This document shows positions 6,442 to 11,864 of a DNA stretch of 11,864 bases, piece after piece. Source of the stretch: Bacteriovoracaceae bacterium. GTDB taxonomy: Bacteria; Bdellovibrionota; Bacteriovoracia; Bacteriovoracales; Bacteriovoracaceae. How positions within the stretch are numbered: the first letter of the stretch is position 1; every line of letters begins with the position of its first letter. Where the stretch lies: positions 1-11,864 of the forward strand of contig JBMYPC010000095.1 of the NCBI GenBank assembly GCA_049599895.1, in the 5' to 3' direction. The translations under genes were made by a program, and so were the position numbers. The notes beneath the pieces were generated by a model. It saw only the letters and a list, made by a program, of their open reading frames with translations, was not told the origin of the DNA and did not search any database.

Positions 6442-7878
6442 ATGAAGTTTTCCTTGTCAATAATTGTTGTTTCGACTTTTATTCTTTCAACCACAGTAAA
6501 AGCATCCACTCTCATCGATCCTTTTCTCAACAATGTTCGCCTAAGTGCTCTCGAGGCTAAGATCATTGAAATTGATAAAAACTCTTCTCTTCTTAAAAAC
6601 ACTCTTGAACTTGCAAGCTTTGATATCGATACTGATATTAATGCGAGCTTTGAAAGAGATGACTCTGCTGCATTTAATATCAACTCTGCTTCTCGAAACG
6701 ATACCTACACCTTTGGAACATCCGTCTCCAAGTTATGGCGATCAGGATTTAAAACCCAATTTAATTACGAAGTAAAAGATCAGTATTTTGAATACCCGAC
6801 ATTTACAGACCTTAGTTATCTTTATCCAACGACAAGTATTAGTGTCACAACAAATGTTTTTCAGGATCTTTTTGGAAGGCGATATAAATATCAAGCTCAA
6901 AAGATTTCTCAGAATGAAAAGGTCATCGAACAAAATTCGAACAATCAACTCCGCTCATTACTTGCGACTGCTCTTTTAAGACTTGCAGAAGTTTTAGAGA
7001 TTCAAGATGACTTAAAACTTCAAAAAAGACTTTGTACTCAAGTTGAAAATCAAACCACACAACTTAAAGAAAAAAATAAAAGAGGTTCGATTCCCAAACG
7101 AGAATATCTCCTCAGTTTAAAAGAACAAAATACTTGTCAGGCAACTGTAAAAGCGGAAGAAAAAAAGCGACTTGAGAAAATTAATGCTTTTGAAGCAAAA
7201 TTCAACGTCAAAGTTGCTCCCTATCTTCTCGTCAACATTAAAGATGCTTTCATGGAGATCTCTTCGATCTACACCAAATACACTGGGCAAGCAAAAGAAG
7301 TCAGCTTCGATGACAACCCCGATATTAAAGAAATTTCTCAAAGAATTTCAGCAATGGAAAATAATGTTCAAGAACTCAGAACTCAGACAAAACTCGATAT
7401 TGACCTCACCTTAAAGGTTGGCTCAAGCGGAGTTGAAGATAACTTTGGAAAGGCTAATGAACAGGCCTTCAAAGGAGAAAATCCTTTTATCTATGCAGGT
7501 CTAACTCTGAACCTTCCAAGCACGAACCGAACAGAAAGAGTCAATCACACCTCTAAGCTCCTTGATCTCGAATCACTTAGAAAAAGAAAAGACCTTGCTT
7601 GGGCACAAAAGGTGTCTAGTTTTCAAACCCTCAAAGAAAGTCTTATGAAAGATTATGAGATCTATAAAGACTACGAAAGAAATGTTGCACTCTCTGAAAG
7701 TATTCTTAAAGAAGCCAGAAGAGACTTCAACAATGGACGAATTGATTTCTTTGCCTATATGGAGTTTCAAAAAGGTCTTATTCAAAGTCGACAAAGACTT
7801 GGAGAGCTACGAACACAGATTATTATCAACACAGTTGAATTTTTTGATTATTTTAATTTCTTTTCAAAATTTTACTAG
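6442..7878 (+). CDS. TolC-family outer membrane factor
   Basis: 478 aa with a signal peptide (…TTVKA|S). It has two OEP-type repeats of beta strands followed by long coiled helices, with turns KNKRGSIPKRE and DFNNGRIDFFAY, and lies 21 bp upstream of an RND permease. Confidence 0.85.
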   Translation: MKFSLSIIVVSTFILSTTVKASTLIDPFLNNVRLSALEAKIIEIDKNSSLLKNTLELASFDIDTDINASFERDDSAAFNINSASRNDTYTFGTSVSKLWRSGFKTQFNYEVKDQYFEYPTFTDLSYLYPTTSISVTTNVFQDLFGRRYKYQAQKISQNEKVIEQNSNNQLRSLLATALLRLAEVLEIQDDLKLQKRLCTQVENQTTQLKEKNKRGSIPKREYLLSLKEQNTCQATVKAEEKKRLEKINAFEAKFNVKVAPYLLVNIKDAFMEISSIYTKYTGQAKEVSFDDNPDIKEISQRISAMENNVQELRTQTKLDIDLTLKVGSSGVEDNFGKANEQAFKGENPFIYAGLTLNLPSTNRTERVNHTSKLLDLESLRKRKDLAWAQKVSSFQTLKESLMKDYEIYKDYERNVALSESILKEARRDFNNGRIDFFAYMEFQKGLIQSRQRLGELRTQIIINTVEFFDYFNFFSKFY

Positions 7879-7899
7879 ACTCAGCTAAGGCCAATCTTT

Positions 7900-10800
7900 A
7901 TGAGACTCTTTAGATTCTTTCTGAACCAAAAACTTTTTGTCCACTACATTACCATTGTGATTGTGATATTAGGTTTTATGACTCTCAATGTGATCCAACG
8001 AGAGGCAAGACCAAACGTCAATTTTAACCGTGTTGTCATTAGTGTCGGTTATCCAGGGGCGGCTCCTTCAGATATTGAAGAACTCGTGATTGACCCTATC
8101 GAAGAAAAAATCAATGAAGTTGATGGTATCGAAGAATATCGTTCTGTTTCCTATTCAGGAGCAGGGATTATTTCAATTGTCATTGATGAAGAACACCCAG
8201 ACCTTGATCAGGTTGTGGACGATATTAGAAGAAAAGTTGCCGAGGTCAATGATCTTCCTGATGAGGTGAATGATCCTTTTGTGTCAGAAATTAAAGCCGA
8301 GAATATTCCTGTCCTTAGACTTGCTCTTTATGGTGATGCCAAACCATTTGATCTGAAGATTGAAGTTGAGAAACTCAGAGACTACGTCAAAACTTTTGAT
8401 GGAGTTCAAAGTGTTAGTTACGCAGGCCTTGAGGACCTTCAACTCAAAGTTTTAACCAATCCCGATAAACTTAATACTTATGATGTCACTCTCATTGAAA
8501 TCATTTCAAGACTCAGAGAATGGGCAAAACAAAGGCCAGGTGGTCTTCTTGAGAATTCTACGAGTACTCATAACCTTACCGTAGGAAAAGACTATAACGA
8601 TATTGATGAGCTCCTCAACTTTACAGTGAGAAGTAATGACTCTGGAAAAAATGTTCAACTCAAAGATATCGCCGCTGTTGATTATGACACTCAAACAACT
8701 CAGAAAAGATCAATCTTTGGAGACAAAAGTGCAGTTCTTGTCACCATCGTCAAAAAAACCAATGCAGATGTTGTTAAAACAGTAGATGAAGTTCGTGCTG
8801 GACTAGAAGACTATCGTAAGAACTTAAAAAATGGACTCGACTTTAAGCTTTACACAGATGAATCAAAAAGAGTTCGTTCCCGCCTTAAGACTGTAACTTC
8901 AAATGCCCTTTCGGGACTTCTCCTAGTCATTATCATTCTTGTCCTCTTTCTCGATTGGAGATCAGCTGCGGTTGTTTCTCTAGGTCTTCCCGTTGCCGTG
9001 CTTGGTGGTATTGTGATGGTCTACCTTCTTGGCAACACTCTCAACTCCCTTGTGATTATTGGGATGATCATTGTTCTGGGAATGTTGGTCGATGATGCCA
9101 TTGTTGTCTGTGAAAACATATATGCCTATCTTGAAGAGGGACTCTCTCCATCTGAAGCAGCAATAAAAGGTGTCTCGCAAATCTCTGTTCCAGTTGTGGC
9201 CACTGTCTTGACAACGATCTTTGCTTTCTTTCCGATTCTCTTTATGAAAGAAATTATTGGCCAATTTTTAAGAGTGATCCCTGCAACAGTCATTGTGATG
9301 CTTGCCGTTTCCTTATTTGAGGCTCTTGTCATTCTTCCGATTCACGCTGAAGAAATCATGCGACCAAAACTCAAGAAGAAGAAAAAGATAGGCCCCTTTA
9401 AAAGAATCGAAGGAGTCTATCGCAAATACTTAGAATGGAGTTTAAAACATCGCTGGATTGTTTCAGGTATTCTTCTCATTTTCCTAGGGATTTCTGGTTA
9501 TCAAGGAAAACAACTTTTTCAAAAGTTTCGCCTTTTCCCTGCAACAGGACTTGATGGACTTTCAATTAGAGTCGAACTCAAGAAAAACTCTCCTATCGAA
9601 AAAACCTCAGATACCCTTAAGATGCTTGGTAAAGAACTCGAAGAGATATCGGAAGGAACATTTGACAGTATTTTCTCAACTGCCGGACAAGTCCTCACAG
9701 GAGGAAGCTCCGGAAGTCGACAAAATGCCTCTCACTTAGGCTCTGTGGATATTCGCTTCACCTCTGATCCAGACTTTATTCATAAAGAAAAAAGGATTGT
9801 TGGTCAGATAAGAAAAGTCTCAAAAGAATTTGCGAAGAAGTATAACGTCAAAACCAGTATCACAATCGATAGACCTGGCCCCCCTGTTGGTAAGCCAATT
9901 CAATATGAGATTACTTCTCGAAACTTCGACATAGGTAAAGAAGTTGTCTCTAAAATCATAAAAGAGTTTGAAAAGATCAATGGAGTTGAAAGCCTCGAGA
10001 CAGATCTTGATGGTGAAACAATCATGTACCGATTCCAAATTGATAATGCTCGAGCAGTCTCTGAAGGTGTCGACCCTGTTAATATCTCAAGAACGATCTT
10101 TTCGGCTTCCACAGGAGTAATTACGAATGAGATTCTGAAAAGCAATGAACGAGTTGAAATTCTCGTCGGAGTCGATTCAGAATCAGAAATGAAAGCAAAA
10201 GATATTCTCAATCTAAGAATTCGAAATAAGTTCTCACAGGCTGTTCCCCTTGCTTCTTTTGTCGAGCTTGTAGAAGAAACAAGTCCAAGCTCAATTCAAA
10301 GACTCAACGGCATTCGAACGATTACCTTATTTGGTGAAGTAAGAGAAAAGGAAATTACCGGAAAAGAGGCCAATGCTCAAGTTCGCCCTTTTATTGAAAA
10401 ACTCAAAAAAGAATATCCTACAATAAAAATCTCTACTGGCGGTGGTGAAAAAGATAGAATGAAGGCCCTTAAAGATACGATGAGACTTTATATTCTTGCG
10501 ATCTTTTTAATCTTTATGGTGATCAGTCTTTCTTTTCAATCAGTGGTCTACCCATTTTTAGTTTTACTCGCAATTCCTCTCGGACTTTGCGGTGTTGTTT
10601 GGTCACTTTCATTACATGGACAGCCTCTCTCACTTATGGGAATTATCGGTGTTGTTGGACTCTCTGGAGTTGTCGTAAACGTCTCGATTATTCTTTTAAG
10701 TTTTATTCGAGAGAAAATTCGCTCAGGTCTTAGTAAAGAAGAGGCCATTATTCAAGCTGGGCTCAGAAGGCTAAGACCAATTGTCATTACAACGATTACC

Positions 10801-10971
10801 ACATTGATTGGACTTATTCCGACGATCTATGGAATCGGTGGGGTTGATACCTTCGTTCAACCACTGGCCCTTGTTCTTGGTTGGGGACTATTTGTGGCAA
10901 CAGGATTATCAATATTTGCACTTCCGGCTTTAGTGTCGTTGGTACCAAAGCTTGAAAAGATGTCAAAATAG
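7900..10971 (+). CDS. RND efflux transporter permease subunit (AcrB/AcrD/AcrF-like)
   Basis: 1023 aa with motifs YPGAAPSDIEELVIDPIEE, GMLVDDAIVVCENI, RLRPIVITT and SIQRLNGIRTITL, and two large periplasmic loops. Confidence 0.96.
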   Translation: MRLFRFFLNQKLFVHYITIVIVILGFMTLNVIQREARPNVNFNRVVISVGYPGAAPSDIEELVIDPIEEKINEVDGIEEYRSVSYSGAGIISIVIDEEHPDLDQVVDDIRRKVAEVNDLPDEVNDPFVSEIKAENIPVLRLALYGDAKPFDLKIEVEKLRDYVKTFDGVQSVSYAGLEDLQLKVLTNPDKLNTYDVTLIEIISRLREWAKQRPGGLLENSTSTHNLTVGKDYNDIDELLNFTVRSNDSGKNVQLKDIAAVDYDTQTTQKRSIFGDKSAVLVTIVKKTNADVVKTVDEVRAGLEDYRKNLKNGLDFKLYTDESKRVRSRLKTVTSNALSGLLLVIIILVLFLDWRSAAVVSLGLPVAVLGGIVMVYLLGNTLNSLVIIGMIIVLGMLVDDAIVVCENIYAYLEEGLSPSEAAIKGVSQISVPVVATVLTTIFAFFPILFMKEIIGQFLRVIPATVIVMLAVSLFEALVILPIHAEEIMRPKLKKKKKIGPFKRIEGVYRKYLEWSLKHRWIVSGILLIFLGISGYQGKQLFQKFRLFPATGLDGLSIRVELKKNSPIEKTSDTLKMLGKELEEISEGTFDSIFSTAGQVLTGGSSGSRQNASHLGSVDIRFTSDPDFIHKEKRIVGQIRKVSKEFAKKYNVKTSITIDRPGPPVGKPIQYEITSRNFDIGKEVVSKIIKEFEKINGVESLETDLDGETIMYRFQIDNARAVSEGVDPVNISRTIFSASTGVITNEILKSNERVEILVGVDSESEMKAKDILNLRIRNKFSQAVPLASFVELVEETSPSSIQRLNGIRTITLFGEVREKEITGKEANAQVRPFIEKLKKEYPTIKISTGGGEKDRMKALKDTMRLYILAIFLIFMVISLSFQSVVYPFLVLLAIPLGLCGVVWSLSLHGQPLSLMGIIGVVGLSGVVVNVSIILLSFIREKIRSGLSKEEAIIQAGLRRLRPIVITTITTLIGLIPTIYGIGGVDTFVQPLALVLGWGLFVATGLSIFALPALVSLVPKLEKMSK

Positions 10972-11040
10972 TCATAACCAATTGATTTCATAGTATTCTA
11001 AAAAGATTACAATTTTCCAACGGGATAAGTATCTTATGCT

Positions 11041-11310
11041 ATGACATACATAGTCATGAGAACGAAGAAGTCAAAAATCCTTAAATCAACGTTTGCAATC
11101 TCAATTGCTATTAATGCCGCACTGATTGTTTTTCTTTTTCAAATCTCAAACCCCGTCTCATTAAAAACAGCGATTAATTTTTCGAAGGTCAATTATATCA
11201 ACGCCTGCGTAACGGCTTCAAAGGAATTAAGTCCAGAGAGAAGCTGGAGAAGTCATTGCTTGAATAAAGGGAATCAGTTTTTTTCTGATATTGAGCAGAT
11301 CTTTAGATAG
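11041..11310 (+). CDS. Small hypothetical membrane-anchored protein (start may be ATG 11056)
   Basis: 89 aa: a basic N-region (RTKKSKILK), one hydrophobic helix (FAISIAINAALIVFLF) and a Cys pair C-x16-C. It fills the gap between the RND gene and argB. Confidence 0.65.
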   Translation: MTYIVMRTKKSKILKSTFAISIAINAALIVFLFQISNPVSLKTAINFSKVNYINACVTASKELSPERSWRSHCLNKGNQFFSDIEQIFR

Positions 11311-11864
11311 TAAACCGAGTTCCCCTCACACGACCTTGAATAAACTCAGTCAAAGTATTTTCACGCCGACCATCAAGAAGAGAAATATTATCAACACCAT
11401 TTTTAAGCGCCTTAAAAATCGAAAGACATTTAACGAACATACCACCAACGATCACTTCTTTCTTTGAAAGCTCTTTAAAGCTCTCTTCAGTTAAATCCTT
11501 AATAAGCTCTTTTCGATGATCAAGAACACCTATTTGATCACTGAGAAAAATAAGATTTTTTGCTCCTAGCTCTCGAGAAACTCCCATGGCTGCATAATCG
11601 GCATTAATGTTAAGAGGGAGTCCATCATCTGAGGTTCCAACAGGACAAAGAATACAAAGAGATGAAGATGAAGCCTGAAAGTTCTTAAGATTAAGAGACT
11701 CCACTTCACCCACCTCACCTAAGGAAGAACTTAACCGTTTTCCATTTAAAATCTTATGCTCAAAACCACAGAGCCGCTTAGGGCCTAAACCTTCATTCTC
11801 TAGAAACTTTGAAATTTTTTGATTAGCTCTTTTCCACAAAGCATTATGTAAATGAGGCATCATC
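11303..11864 (-). CDS. argB: Acetylglutamate kinase, C-terminal part (5' end outside the window)
   Basis: Amino-acid kinase family motifs of the NAGK type: LGEVGEV, LNINADYAA, LIFLSDQIGVLD, GGMFVK, LDGR and GTRF. The frame is open to the right edge. Confidence 0.85.
   Translation of the reverse strand, partial: MMPHLHNALWKRANQKISKFLENEGLGPKRLCGFEHKILNGKRLSSSLGEVGEVESLNLKNFQASSSSLCILCPVGTSDDGLPLNINADYAAMGVSRELGAKNLIFLSDQIGVLDHRKELIKDLTEESFKELSKKEVIVGGMFVKCLSIFKALKNGVDNISLLDGRRENTLTEFIQGRVRGTRFTI

Noticed and set aside
1537..10748. The many 60-113 aa track ORFs nested in or antisense to the long genes
   Set aside because: They are fully overlapped by well-supported CDSs, show no motifs, and are expected by chance.

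Overview
AT-rich bacterial chromosomal window. The gene content and protein style suggest Bdellovibrionota/Bacteriovoracia or another former 'deltaproteobacterium', but this is inference only. The main observation is a real gene missing from the ORF track because it runs off the left edge: minus strand 1244 to <1, at least 414 aa. It has a signal peptide, a 6-Cys N-terminal domain and at least 260 residues of charge-free Gly/Tyr/His/Pro repeats built from 27-bp tandem units, resembling silk, suckerin or squid-beak proteins. A divergent membrane-anchored hypothetical gene follows, with a perfect 11-6-11 palindrome over its start. The rest is mostly housekeeping: a DUF507-like gene, murJ (probably starting at CTG), a K+-dependent and probably Na+-translocating membrane pyrophosphatase with its terminator, a TolC + RND pair with no adaptor gene, a small membrane protein, and the 3' part of argB. 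No rRNA, tRNA, CRISPR array or mobile element was seen.
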